From Eledone cirrhosa (lineage: Eukaryota): DNA of 64,000 bases. Under the pieces are notes generated by a model. That model had not been told where the DNA came from, ran no database searches, and worked only from the letters and a program-made list of their open reading frames with translations. The stretch covers positions 181,474,001 to 181,538,000 of the forward strand of contig OZ024740.1 in assembly GCA_964016885.1 (NCBI GenBank), read 5' to 3'. Of this stretch, positions 1 to 13,406 are shown in pieces. Each line of letters begins with the position of its first letter. Position 1 is the first letter of the stretch. Made by a program: the position numbers and the translations under genes.

Positions 1-335
1 TCGACCTTAAAGCAAAGAAACCACGAGAATCTCCAGCAGTTGACTGTTGAGGTGGGACTCTCATATTCTTCGTCTGTTTTATCCGTTGTATACACCCACC
101 TCTTTTGATTCATTTTCTGTCAGCTTAGACACAAGGACACTTTTTTAAAATTGATATGTATTCAAAATTCGCACCACCTGCGTTGTCTGTCCTCTACTCT
201 TTTTCAGTTTCTCACTTACATTCTCTATTCGTTGTGTCTGTCCATACAGAACTTAGTCCAAAAGATAAATTCACCATTCGCTTATGTTCTCTATTCTCTC
301 CTTTCCTTTTCTCAAATAATCTATCAGTCTCTGTT

Positions 336-384
<49 letters not shown>

Positions 385-851
385 CTCTATATCTATCTAC
401 TCCTATGTTATGTCTGTTTATATACGCCTTACATCTAAACGATCATATTTCATGTTAAGGTTTGTATACTCTATGTCTCTTCTACGTTCTCTGTTCTCTC
501 CTCTGATCTTCCCCCTCACTTTCTCTTCCCCGCTCTCTCTCGCATTCTCTCTCTATCTTTCTCTCTCTCTCTCAGTTCCTTCCGTGTTGTGTCTATCTAT
601 GTCGAGCTTACTTACGTAGAATCATTTTTTTTATTGCTTGGTCTTCTGTGCATAATTTCTCTTCTTGGCTAATAAATCGGGCTTTATTTCTATCCCTTCT
701 TTCCAGTTGCATCACAATGGTATACCGAAACCATGAGGGACTTCAGCGATTGACTGACATATAAGCCTGTCTTGCTTTTCATCCGTTTTTCCGTTGTCTT
801 CTTCCAACATTTTTATTCATTTAGTACTGTCCTAGCCACATTGGATACAAT

Positions 852-953
852 CTGGCCATTTCCGCAGTAATGCCTTTGCCATATTCTCCGTAGAGCGTGA
901 CCTGGATACCACTCAGACTGGGGGTGTAATGTCTGTCCCTCCCTATCTCCCTT

Positions 954-954
<1 letters not shown>
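852..954 (+). mobile_element. Short 3' fragment of a CRE-like (RLE-endonuclease) non-LTR retrotransposon
   Basis: Near-identical to 1927-2030 (tctggccatttccgcagtaatgcctttgccatattc...ctcagac..ggg.gtgtaatgtctgtc); ends at a (TA)n tract. Confidence 0.55.
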
Positions 955-1008
<54 letters not shown>

Positions 1009-1101
1009 GCATGTAAGTATGTATATAGTTATGTATGTATGTATGTATTGAATATCACTCTATTGATTTGTTGAACATTAGTTCAAAGAAATTCCATTAT
1101 C

Positions 1102-1142
<41 letters not shown>

Positions 1143-1754
1143 AGGTCTTTATCTGCGTGCCGTTCTATTAAGAAGTCATTGCAGTACTGTATGAGTATTC
1201 GTATTAGTATAGCAAACGTCTGAACTAACCAAGTAGAAAACAAACAGGCAATTAATTCCATTTATAACAGTCTTCTCGTATTCATTGTTTTAAATTCAGA
1301 TATGGCAGTAAAAATGATAGATCACTGGAAACATTAACAACAATATAGTCGAATGAATATTAACAGACAATTAAATTTAGGCTAAATTACAGATTGCGCT
1401 ATTCATTTGTTTAAAAACATAACTAAACGAAGGTTTTTTATAGATTTTATGTGAATTTACACATGTTTTATTTTGTTTTGTTTCGTGATGGTCATTGTTT
1501 TTTTTTGTTTTTTCTTGTTTTTTATATTTTTTTCTTTTCGTCTGGAAACGTAAAATTGATGATAATCTATTTTGTCATCAATAATACATGGTGTTTTAAT
1601 TCTTTACAGAACATAAATAAATATATATGTTATAAGTGGCAATAGATACAAGATCGAGACGTAAGAACTTGTACACTTTATTTTCAGATTTTCCACAACT
1701 CACAAGAACACAAAGAAACAAATAAACCACATTTACAACAAAAAGGACATTGGA

Positions 1755-2030
1755 AAATATTCGTTCTAAATACGAGAGCCTGACCGACAGCTTCCTCTTC
1801 GTAACGGTCTCCATCAAGACGTCTGGCATCTATGGTCCCCACACTGCTGATTTCGGAAAGACGAAAAGACGGTGGCCCGCTTGAAGATGGAGCCCAGTGA
1901 GGTGGGGAGGCAGTTGCAGCGGGTATCTCTGGCCATTTCCGCAGTAATGCCTTTGCCATATTCACTGTAGAGCGTGGCCGGGATACCACTCAGACAGGGA
2001 GTGTAATGTCTGTCTCTCCCCGTCTCCCTT
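1755..2030 (+). mobile_element. Degenerate 3' end of a CRE-like non-LTR retrotransposon
   Basis: Translates with a frameshift to KYESLTDSFLFVTVSIKTSGIYG...QRVSLAI.RSNAFAI, matching the RLE C-terminus at 46.9-47.2 kb (KYRSLSDRFSVVPLAMETS...QRVSLAVLQGNAFS). Confidence 0.6.
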
Positions 2031-2821
2031 TCTTTCGCTTTTTTATCCTTTGATTTTTGCTTTTCTTCTTTTCATATTCTATTTTGTTTTCTTTTGTTGA
2101 ACCCTTTAATAGTGTGTCTTGTTTTTATTAAATACTGCTCAATAAGTAATGTTTATATAATGTCAATATTTATTTCTAGATTCACTACTCAATGGTTTAA
2201 ATGTGCTTCATACTTTTACAGACAATAAAACAATCTTATCCATAAAAATAACTTTTTTTTACTGGCAAGTATATTGAGTTGATCTGGGGCTAAACATTAA
2301 AAACTGTATTGTGAAATGACAGTCAGGCGAGTGAAATTAAACATCACACCCGGACTACTGCAACGTAAACCATGCGATAAACAATTGCATTTAAGTATAT
2401 AAAGAGATGTATATATTGTATAGTCTGAGCAATTCATTTAATTATCGCACGAAGTCGCCGATAATTACGTGTGTATGGTGGCTAGTTTAGACAAACCTCA
2501 AACAACAACACAACAAAAATAACAGCCGAACTAAAACAACGAAATGTACCACGGATTTATTAACTTCGCACACACATTCACTCGCTGTCACTCCTCTTCT
2601 CTAATTGGTTGCGTGATAAGAGTTATTGTACGTTACATACAAAGCTTTGTTTTTACCAGAGACTGATTGAATAAGGATTTAGCCAATTCTACCCTTTGAT
2701 AAACCGAAGCTTTACTGTAACTGCTGAAGGGCAGACTGGTGTACAATAGAGCAGAAAAAGGACATAAAGGAGAATTCACAAATTTATCTACAGCTAAATG
2801 TTGACATTATTATTTGCAAAA

Positions 2822-3017
2822 GGGCGGTGGATTGGCAGTAACGGTAGAGGGTCGGACGCCATGCTTTGCAGCAAAGAGTTACGGCCCTTGCCATTCCGAG
2901 TTCAAATCCCGCCGAGGTTAACTTTGCCTTTCATCCTTACGGGGTCGATAAAATAAAGTACCAGTAATGCACTGGGTTATTGCTGGCCTTGTGCCAAAGG
3001 TAGGAATAATTATTATT
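2822..3017 (+). mobile_element. tRNA-derived SINE (octopus OK-like)
   Basis: A-box-like TGGCAGTAACGG and B-box GAGTTCAAATCC, then ctttgcctttcatccttacggggtcgataaaataaagtaccag and an ATT tail; several more copies in the window. Confidence 0.8.
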
Positions 3018-4309
3018 CGCAAATGTTTACGTTAGGTGAATCATTTCCATAGTTGCTTCCGTTATGGTGGTGGTGGTGGAGTTTGTGTTGATAGTGCTGG
3101 GGCTATTGTTAGTACTATTGCTCATGCTGATGCTGGTGTTGATACTCGTGTTGTTGGTGGTAGCGATATGTTAAAGCCTTGATGATTTGTGAAAGCCTTG
3201 GTCATTTGTTAAAGCAGGTAATGGCTCATGATTCCAGTACCAATAAGTTGAGGCATATGTGCTTCTCCTTCTTTGCTCCACCTCTCCTGGAATCGCATCG
3301 ACTGCTGGCGCCTGCATGGATCTAGTTGCGAATATCAGCTACGTTACATATAACAAGTCATCCATTGATATATTAATTATAAGATGCATCCTATCTGTTT
3401 TTCAGATTTTCTAGCTTGATGTATTCTGGTTCGTTGATTATTTTTTGGAAGTATTCTGGAAGTGATTAAATATTTGTCAATTGTTCTGTGATTATGTTAT
3501 TCGTCGTATATAGTGTTCAGTTCAACCAGTAAGCTATTTATATCCTTCAAACCAGCAGTAGGCTACAGCTTTATCATTTCCACTATTCCAACTTCAATAT
3601 ATGAGCATAATGTTGCTATATACTCTTAGATGTCCTTAATTTAACAGGGCTACCAAGTTGCTATAGTTGCGGACAAAATAGGTGTGGATCATTCCCTGTT
3701 GGTTTACTAAACATGTTATGAACTATATCTTACATCGTGGTTTGAAGCGGGGATCATCATGTATTGATAATGTCTGGGTTCGGTTGTATTTCCCATCATT
3801 CTGGACCTTCCTCCATATATCCTTCTAGAAGAGAATTTTCATTCCTATCCACTAACCTTCCTCTTACCAATTTAATGGGCTTGTGGGCGTGCAAGTTTCT
3901 AATGATTTTCCGTTTGAAAGTGGCTATATTCAATCAAAGGATGTTAAAGACTGCGCTACAATTTGCCTCTCCCAAGAAGTGAGTTACGTATATATTATCT
4001 CTCTATTTAGATCTCAAGTTATGAAATCGTCAATGAAGCGATAAATTTTCGAACCCGGTTGTACCCAGTTCAAGTTTAATTTTTTCTCCTGCTTAAAGAT
4101 AGTGTTTGGTAATATGAAGTAGAGGTAGAGACCCGCTTCGGTCATCAATGATCCAAAGGATCTACACCTACAAAGTTTCCTTTCCGAGGCTCAAAGTGTG
4201 GAGAAGGCTTTTTTTATGGAAGACCAGCAGTCGCCCATGCATACCAGCCTCCAAGGTAAAATCAAAATCTGATCCAGCTTGGCACCAGGGACGTAGCAAC
4301 TAATGTTTA

Positions 4310-4432
4310 CAGCTGAGTAAATTGAAGCAACGTGAAGTAAAGTGTCTTCCTCAAAATCACAGCACCCTGCCCGGTCAAGGAATCGAACTCCCACACTAAC
4401 GATTGCAAGCCCAAGGATGTAACTACTAAGCC
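4310..4432 (-). mobile_element. Second tRNA-derived SINE family, partial
   Basis: Minus strand tggcttagtagtta...gagttcgattcc (A and B boxes) followed by gtgctgtgattttgaggaagacacttt, a conserved SINE core-like motif. Confidence 0.6.
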
Positions 4433-7400
4433 ATCTATTATGAGGTACGATTCTGACTACAAGGTGATATTAATTTATCTTCTGGATTTGCACATTCCGA
4501 ACCCATATTACACAGTAAATACAAGGACAACTATATGCTTCTTAATAAATACGGGAAATTAAACCGCTCATTCATATCAGCTTGTCTATCTGCAGAGAAC
4601 TGCATATGACTATTTGCAAATACATCATTCATTTTCTATGAAATCATTGTTGATCAGCATCAATTGATAGATCGATCTGCCAGATTCCAGACGCCATTCG
4701 CCTCTCGAGTAGTGTGGAACTCGTTAAATCGAACCAAGGAATCGAATTTTCCATTACTCTTTCCATCGCTGATACGCTCTATCGGTTGCAACACCTGGGA
4801 GACCATCATAGACACCGAAATATTATCTCTATTCGTTGTGAACATATTATACAATACAAATTGTATTCACGAGATAATTGTGCCATAAAAAGGTGTTTTT
4901 TAATGATGAAGCGAACTCCAGACAGACACATTTGCTATATTTACCGTTTAAAAGGATATACTTAACCTATCCATAATGCTCTCGTATACTGACAGTCTGG
5001 TCTCTCAGGACTGTCTTTCGTTTCAACTCTAATGCCAAAATGTGGTGCGTCGATCACTATTTCTTGTCTAGCAACGCTCATTTAACTAGATAACACATAT
5101 GAAGTGGGAGGCAACCTTTGGTGATGGATTTGATATATTTTGACATAACATCGTTCCATACGACTACTTGCAATGAGTACATGTTATTTACTTTTGAATA
5201 TATGAATAGCGCTCCGCTCTCTGTGGACGGTACTATGCACAGAATGCACGACAGGCTATGACAAACAGAATACATAGCTACAGCAGTTACGGAACGCTAA
5301 AAAGAGCAAATAAACCTTATTGGAATAGCTTTCATAATCCTGAGTTGACCGCCATTTCAACAGCATTTGCATCCAATATATTATGCAAATATCACTCTCA
5401 CTATCACGAAAACTTGGTTAGATTACTGGTTTAGGCGGCGATGACTAAAGAAACACCCACATTATCATTAACAGACCTCTAGTTGTAAAACCTCTGGTCA
5501 GATTACAACCGCAATGAAAATATGATCATGGTTGGAATGCCTCTGATTATAGGTCTTCTCAATTAGGGCTTCAACTAGCGCTAAATTACAACATCCAATT
5601 TGTTCTTATATCATAGAACTTATCAATTATGATTGACCTGTGGCTAAACAACTACATCATCAACTACAAGGACGAGATTATCACGGGTGAGACATATTTT
5701 AACATATAAGCCCGCTTGATGAGATTAAATAAGTTCTTATGATTGCTTACTATTTTCAGCCAGTCTATTTTATATTGTGTTTTATTACTTATACTACTTT
5801 AGTATCCTTTGGCAGGTGTGTTATTTTAGATCTTTTTCTCATTCTGTATTTCAATCTGTAAATAACATCCTTAGAACAAATATGAATAATATGGGTTCCA
5901 AGTAAGTGATAAATTTTAATTAAAATCTGGAATATACACCAAATTTAAAGTTGAGCAACTTACGTTTTTGAATGTTTTTCTTCTATTATTTTCTTGGTTT
6001 TGTATTTTACATTTTCTATTAAAGCATCAGTCCTGTATTACAATATAGGAGAGATTAATCTATTATTGTCTAGCACTTTAATAAGACTATTCACTAAAGT
6101 CAGAAGAAATAAGCATCAGTTAATCATTCGAAATAATCATTCATAGAAGTATCTGAACAGCTATAGCTACATCTTCATTTAAAGAGAAGAAAATATTTGC
6201 AGGCAATTTCAACCAAGAGAAAGCACCGAACCATGAAGACAGATAATGAACTGAAGCTGAAACTTACAGAGAATCTGCAAATTACGTGATCACAAGCAAG
6301 CTGTCTCCACTTCATTTCATTTGAACCAATAAAATACACAAAAGTGACAAGAAATAGTGAATCAAGACACCACCATTCTTATTTTATTGCCGATCCTTTT
6401 GATATTACTTAAAGAGCTAAATGATAAAGAAAAAAGATTGATATGAAAGAAGGTGAGGCTATTCATCACATTAGTTGGTTGCAGTTGTATGTAAACTATT
6501 TTTGTCAAATTGTGCGAAAGATTTGGCGAGAATGTTTGACAAGACTTTCTCTGTTCTATTGCAAAAATATGTATATGTCTGTATGTAGATGAGATTGCAT
6601 ATATTTGTCTGCATGGATGTATGCGTAATATGATTGGAGAAATGCCAATACGAAGAAACACATTCAATCCTTGCTTCAGATGTTCATCAATTCAAAAGAT
6701 TTGCTGAACAAATATTTTGCATTTGCAGTAAGAATCTCAGCTGTTTTATTTTCTACCTTTATAATGTAATTGAAATTAAGCACAAGTTAGATGTTAATGG
6801 ATTAATTGGAATTCACTTTTCATACGACACAGTAGTTATTGAACTGCACGTGTTAGTATCTTTACATATTAATTTGAGAACTGGTTATAGAGTAGTAGAC
6901 CAATTCCTCACCCACGTTTTCCATATATTTTGGTGTATATAAGTTAACTAATATTTTATTTAGTCCTTTTACATGAAGGATCACCACAATAGACCAAGAA
7001 TTTTCTAAAGGAAGACTTTGAACGTGCAGCTGGGTGGCGAAAGTTCTGCACGAGTAACTTACTTAGATGAAAGCTTGGATTTACAAAACACATAATACAA
7101 GAAGATATGTACGGCTAGATATTTTGCAAGCTAGAATCCAGCAACGACATTGACTGGACAACTGATAGATATATCACGTCCTACCGATAGGAATGAAGTA
7201 TACTAGCTTGATATTCCAAAAACATTAAACAATCAGTACATGCACAACAGATCTCAATTTGTTATAAGGGATAGAGTCCAATACTTATGAATTGCAGTAA
7301 CGGTCAGCTGTACAGCGTTTTTAAATATTACATCTAAGCTCGTAGTAATGATGAACCTAAACTAGTGAGTATATTATCATAGTGGCACTAGACTGTATAA

Positions 7401-7899
7401 CAAGAGATTCAAATAAAAGCATTAAATTCTAGGCAATTTCAAGAAAGAACAAAAATATACTGACTCACGTTCTACAAACCAATCCATTAGTTGCACACTG
7501 AAGATTATTCCGTATGATTTTCATCGAACGAATTTATGCTCATAATCATATGCGCGCATTGGGAATATACACACATGCAAACATACAAACACACACGCAC
7601 GTGCCGGTGCATTGTAAAGAGGGAGCTGCTCCTATAACCTGATTGGAAGCACATTTACACATACACATACAAATATATATACTCATATACAAACTTATAT
7701 ATTTACAAATCCTTGGAACAAAGTTGATTCAAGCACAACCTCCATGTCACCATGTTAATGAGAGGCTAGAATTCAGCTTATTTCTTAAACACATATCAAA
7801 AACCGAACAGCCATCCATCCATCACACATAGATACATATTGCATCCATATATGAGAGTAAAAAGAGGAAAAACTACACGCCAATCAAGCAGCATCTCTA

Positions 7900-9110
7900 C
7901 AAATGACCCGACTGCGTCATCTAAAGAATATTACAGATACTTAAGGATATATGAACACTTATCTTATGATGGAATTTGCAACAGGGAACGAGTAAAAAAA
8001 TAATATATCACCCGAATAAGATAGGTATGGTCTTCTGAACACTCTGCTCACAATAAATTAGCGGCCTACAATGCGTTTGCTGTACCTGTGCTGATATCAA
8101 CATTTGGAATACTTGACTGGACGCTTGATGAGAGCCGATATAATGATGTTGAAAACCCCAAAGCTTTAACCAGCACCAGATATTTCCACATCAACAGTGA
8201 CACACCTGAAACGTAAATAGGGAGCCACAGGCATTATATCAATATCAACAGAATTTGGGTATCACATCATATCATTCCGACAATATCTCCGAAACACCAA
8301 GCGTAGAAGCCCATCTAATATCTGTTTACATGAGGCAGATAACACCATGAAGTGTTGGGAAAGAGTTTTTTGAGAAATACTCCCTGCATGATAACAAAAA
8401 ACTCACATTGCAGAGAAATACCACAATGAGTCCCTGATTAAATAGCTGCATGCTTATCAGTAACCATTCATTCTCAGTTATATTGCCATGAGAGAAGTAT
8501 AGACAAGCAATGTAGTCGATTTTGGACCGACAACCGGTATATTGGCTCTCTCTTTGAGAGATATGCTTTAGCAATCCAAGAACAGAATATAACAATGAAA
8601 TGTCTGATCACAAAAGAGATAGGGTTGCTGAAAAAACACCTATATATACAAACAAATGCAGACTATGTGGGATACAAATTGAGGGTCCCACCTGCATCAT
8701 TAGCAGCAATGCAAAGATGTAATAACGATACTATCTACATATGAGGCATGATGTAATGACCAAAACACTATACAATGCAATCCGGAAAATCAATTGTCCT
8801 GAGAATAAACATACAAAAGGTTACAGTGACGTGAAATACATATGCATACATAATATAAAAGATTACGTGTGGCATGCTCCTACCAAAACACCAATAAAAT
8901 GCAAATACAACAGACCTGGCATGGTGATATGGGACAAAGTAAATAAGTTTATAGAATAGTGGAAATCACCTGCAAAACAGATGTCAATATAATTGAAAAG
9001 ATTAGTTAAAAGGAGAAAAAGCTGAACTAATGAGGAATTTACAAATACTCCGTCCTCACTATACCTTTAGATATTTACATGTAATCATAGGGGCTTTCGG
9101 GTATGTTGTC
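7900..9110 (+). pseudogene. Highly decayed R4/Dong-like non-LTR retrotransposon (RT C-terminus, Zn-knuckle, RLE endonuclease)
   Basis: Broken frames give EYYRYL, HNKLAAYNAFAVPVLISTFGILDWTL, CRLCG, RHD, NRPGMVIWDK and a VIIGA.G-like motif; many stops and frameshifts. Confidence 0.65.
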
Positions 9111-9570
9111 AACTGCCTCGGTAAAAATTCTGAGCATGGTAGTTAGTACAGTCTATTATTGAAACTGTAAAATATTGTAAAACATAGCAGAAATGTAATA
9201 ATTGCATGTAAACATGCATGGGCACAAACATATAAGTACCTGCACGCATATAACGCAAAACATAGAGAACCACACATACAATAAAATCCATAGCTCCACA
9301 CATACACACACAAACGCACGCACACACACGCACGCGCACCCCCCCCCCCCCCCCCCCCACACACACACATACACCCACACCCACACACACCAACGCATAC
9401 AGACATACATACTTATCCAGTTGACGTCGTCTAAATACAGTTGAAAGAGTAATGTTTCTATTAGAAATCGCCTTTCTGTATTGTGTGTGTGTCAGTATGT
9501 GTGCATAAGTTTATATATATATAGTGGATATGGCGCATGTCTCTCAGACATCATACCCTTAGTTTAATTT

Positions 9571-9612
<42 letters not shown>

Positions 9613-9907
9613 GAGAGAGAGAAAGAGAGATTACAAATTAAATATAGAAATGTCTTCTACATGATAAGATCTGTTTCATTCTAAGGAGATCATCGGGGCT
9701 TTTCTGATGATTTCCTTCGAATGAAATAATTCAAGTCCACTAGACGCCATTTCTATATTGAATATGTTCTATACACTCTACGTTTTGAGTACCTTACTTA
9801 CTGTGGTTACCCCCGATTGAACCGGGTCTCTCTCTGTATGCACACCAACAACCACACACACATATATATATACATATAAATATATATAAAATATATAAAT
9901 ATATATA

Positions 9908-9972
<65 letters not shown>

Positions 9973-10041
9973 AAAAAGGGATGAAATCGAAAATGCAACT
10001 GAAGTCTTATTTTTTTTTTAAATATATATATTTATTTGGTT

Positions 10042-10079
10042 CCTTTACCGGTTTCACAGTTTTTCTGCTTTTCAAAAGG
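10042..10079 (-). ncRNA. Type I hammerhead ribozyme, U3-A8 core variant
   Basis: cctt TTGAAAA gcag aaaaa ctgt GAAA ccgg TA aagg. Confidence 0.72.
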
Positions 10080-10595
10080 TGAGTTGAGATGGAGGGTCTG
10101 TGGTTTTTCTCACATCTGGTTGGTCTCTAAATGTTACTTGTTTTATATGGTAAAAGTGGCTCGAAAACCAGGTTTTTCGAGAAGTAATTTGATTGGTTTG
10201 TCAATAATTATAATAAATTTCGCGCCAGTTCGCGTTACAATAATTCTTCAAATAAGAGAGGGGGGGGGGGGGTTGTCACAGGTTGTTTTTTCATATATGA
10301 GTGTTTGAATTTCTTTTTACTTGAAAAAATGAGGCTCACGAAGGCTTTTTTTTGGTTGGTTATAAATGAAATTTGGCTGTCACGTGAACAAGTTTTCATT
10401 ACATTTTTGCGCCCTTATTTGGAAAACTATTCTGTAGTCTTTATAGTGAATGTTATGACAATGGAGAGATAGTGGTCAAGGGAAAAGGGATTGGGAGAAA
10501 TGTTCTGGTTCAGTGAATATGGCCAGCTGTCAGAGTTCAGGTGTCAGAGTTCAGATTTTCTATTGAGACTGAAGATATGTGTTTATTTGTGTGCT

Positions 10596-10632
<37 letters not shown>

Positions 10633-11106
10633 ATGTGTGTATTGGAAGATGATTCTATTAGTAGAGATGGGGGAGGGAGTTGTGTGTTATGTGTGTGTGT
10701 GCGAGTATGTTAGATAGAGAGAATATATATTTTGTGTGTGTGTATATATATATGTGTGTAGGAAAGTGGTTCTATTAGTAGAAATGGGGAGGGTATTGTA
10801 GGTGTGGGGGTTGTTATGTGTGTGTATGGGTGTTATGTGTGTGGGAGTATGGTTAGCATGTTAAGATGAAGAGAATATATATATATATATATATATTGTG
10901 TGTGTGTATGTGTGTGTGTAGGAAAATGATTCCTTTAGTAGGAATATTTTTGAATGAACATATTTTCCTGACTTTTTCGTGTTTGCTATTGTATTGCCAG
11001 TGCAAACGTATGTTTAAGGTTTATTTAGTTCGGGTTTTTATTTTCTAAAGTAGAAGGTGTTATGTGTGTGTGTGTATGTCATATTGTGGTGTTGACATAA
11101 TGTATA

Positions 11107-13406
11107 TTAAACCTTATTTAATGTTGGTCTATATTTTTGAATAAACATATTTTCCTTATTTATTCGCATTTGTTCTGTTGTATTGTTAGCGCAAAGGTAA
11201 AATGGGAAGACTTGGAATTTGGGTGTCTTATTACTTGCGCAAATGTCTAGATGTGCACTTAGTGGTATCTGTCTCGTGGTTGGATCTCGTAATTGTTGGC
11301 GATGAACTGTCATTCTGTTTCTGAGTTTGAGTTTAGTTTGTCCTATATAATCTTCATTGCATCCTTTACATTTAATGGCATAAATTAGATTTTTTGATGA
11401 GCAAGTGAAGTGATTTTTTACAGTAAAATTTTGTCCTGATTTAAATGTATACGTGTTGCCTTCAATGAGGTGAGTGCAGGTTCCACAATTAGAGCGACCA
11501 CATTTTTTGATACTTGGTTGTGGGTTTGTGGTAGGTAATTTGGCATTGGTGAGTAATGTTTTCAGTGATTTTGGTTGTCTTTTGCTTTTGATTATTTTGT
11601 GTTTCAAGGGCTTTTTTCATTCTTGGGTTTTGTTTTAGTAGTGGGATGTTATTGTGAATAGTGTTGTAAGCTTCCGCATTTCTTGGGTTGTGTGTTGAGA
11701 TATATGATAGAATATTGGACGTACCTTGAATTTGTTTCTGTTTCCGTAATTCATCAATGCCTATTGCTTTAGCCCTTTCTATTCCATTATTTATTAGTAA
11801 TAGTGGGTACTCTCTCTCAAGTAGAATTTCCTTTAATTCTTGAAGTCTTTTATTTCGCGTTTCATAATTGGAGACAATTGTGCAAATTCTTCTTGCTAGG
11901 TTAAAAGGAATGTTCGTCTTCGTGTGCTTTGGATGGTTGGATAGCAGATATTGTTTGGAATCTGTTGGTTTGTAGTGTATGTCAGTTTCGATATTTGTGT
12001 CTTTTTTTGTGATTAAGATGTCCAGAAATGGGAGTTGATCTTGGCTGTATTCCATTGTGAATTGGATGTGGTTATTGATGCCGTTTATTAAGTTTTTGAA
12101 ATCCTTCAGTTGGTCGAGTGTGTGGGACCAAAGAATGAGGCAATCATCCAAGTAGCGTTTCCAATTCTCTGATAAATATTTGTGGAAGTTCAATCCGTAT
12201 TTTGATTTGGACTGTTCATATATCTGGACTTCTAAGTATGCCATGACTAAGTTGGCATAAGTTGGAGCGGCTTTTGTACCCATCGCAGTCCCCGATATTT
12301 GCTTGTAAGTATTGCCATCGAAATCAAAAAAGTTGTTCTGTAGGATGAATTTTAATCCCTCGGTGATGAAGCTTTTTTCTATTCTGTCAGGTATCTCATT
12401 GGGATATTTCTCTAGCCAGAATCCTATTGCTTCTAGTCCGTATTGGTGTGGGATCGTTGTGTAGAGATTCACTACATCGAAAGACACAATAATAGTGTCG
12501 TTGTTGACATGTTTGGGGAGGTGGTTTAAGAGGTCCCAGATCGTCTCTTACAAGGCTTGGTATGTGTTTCAGTATTGGTTTCAGTAGTATGTCTATAAAG
12601 TTGCTCAATCTGTGTGTTTCACATTGTGGGCCCGCTACAATTGGTCTTAATTTAAGGTCTGTGGGGTATTGTGTGTTCACGCAGGCTGAGGTGGATTGTT
12701 TACAGGCATCGTTGATTACTTTACATTTGTGGATCTTCGGAAGTCCGTAAAGGTTGCTGGTTTTGTATTCAAAATTTGTTAAATAATCGCGTTCCTTTTT
12801 AGTTAGGTCTTCCTGGTATCGATAAATCAGTGTGTTTAATTTGGTCATTATTTTTGATTGCTGGTAGTTTTTTACTCTTTCATAGTAATTAGCATTTTGT
12901 AAGAGAGAGAACATAGAATTTTTATATTTTTCAGCCTCCATAATGACAACAGTACTTCCCTTGTCCGCTTCCTTAATTACAATGTCCGGATTGTTTTTTA
13001 GTTCATGGATAATCTCCCATTCCCTTCGACTTGTGTTGGGTTTGGGTTTAGGTTGCGGTAGTTCATGGTATGGGAAGGTAGCTATGTGGTCACAAAATTT
13101 GTCCAGAACTCTGTTTCTACCTTTTGTTGGGTTGTAGCTGCTTTTATTCCGTACAATTGATTCGTCGTTATTCTCCTTGTCAAAGAATTCCTCTGTGAGA
13201 CGTAATTTTCTACAGAAGTGTGAGATATCGTCATTTATCTCGTTGGGGTTAGGATATTGTGGTGTTGGTGTGAATTTCAGACCTTTGGAGAGAATTTTTA
13301 CTTGTTGGGCTGAGAGGTTTGTATTTGAAATGTTAATTATTTTCGGTTTTTCAAAATCGGTTTGTGCCACCGGGTGTCGTGAGTCCTGTAGCCTTGGTCT
13401 AAAAAA
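11107..13406 (-). pseudogene. PLE1 RT-endonuclease polyprotein (frameshifts at ~12535 and ~11607)
   Basis: KGLKFTPTP, ADKG, YGLPKIHK, RPIV, SFDVVNLYT, GTAMG, RYLDD, LPFLD, YKPT, linker SKRQP..KCGRSNCGTC and LIYAIKC..C.EDYIGQT (GIY-YIG) across ORFs 12396-13370, 11489-12487 and 11107-11607. Confidence 0.93.

Noticed and set aside
2850-2915. tRNA-like A and B boxes as a tRNA gene
   Set aside because: No cloverleaf; these are the head of a multi-copy SINE.
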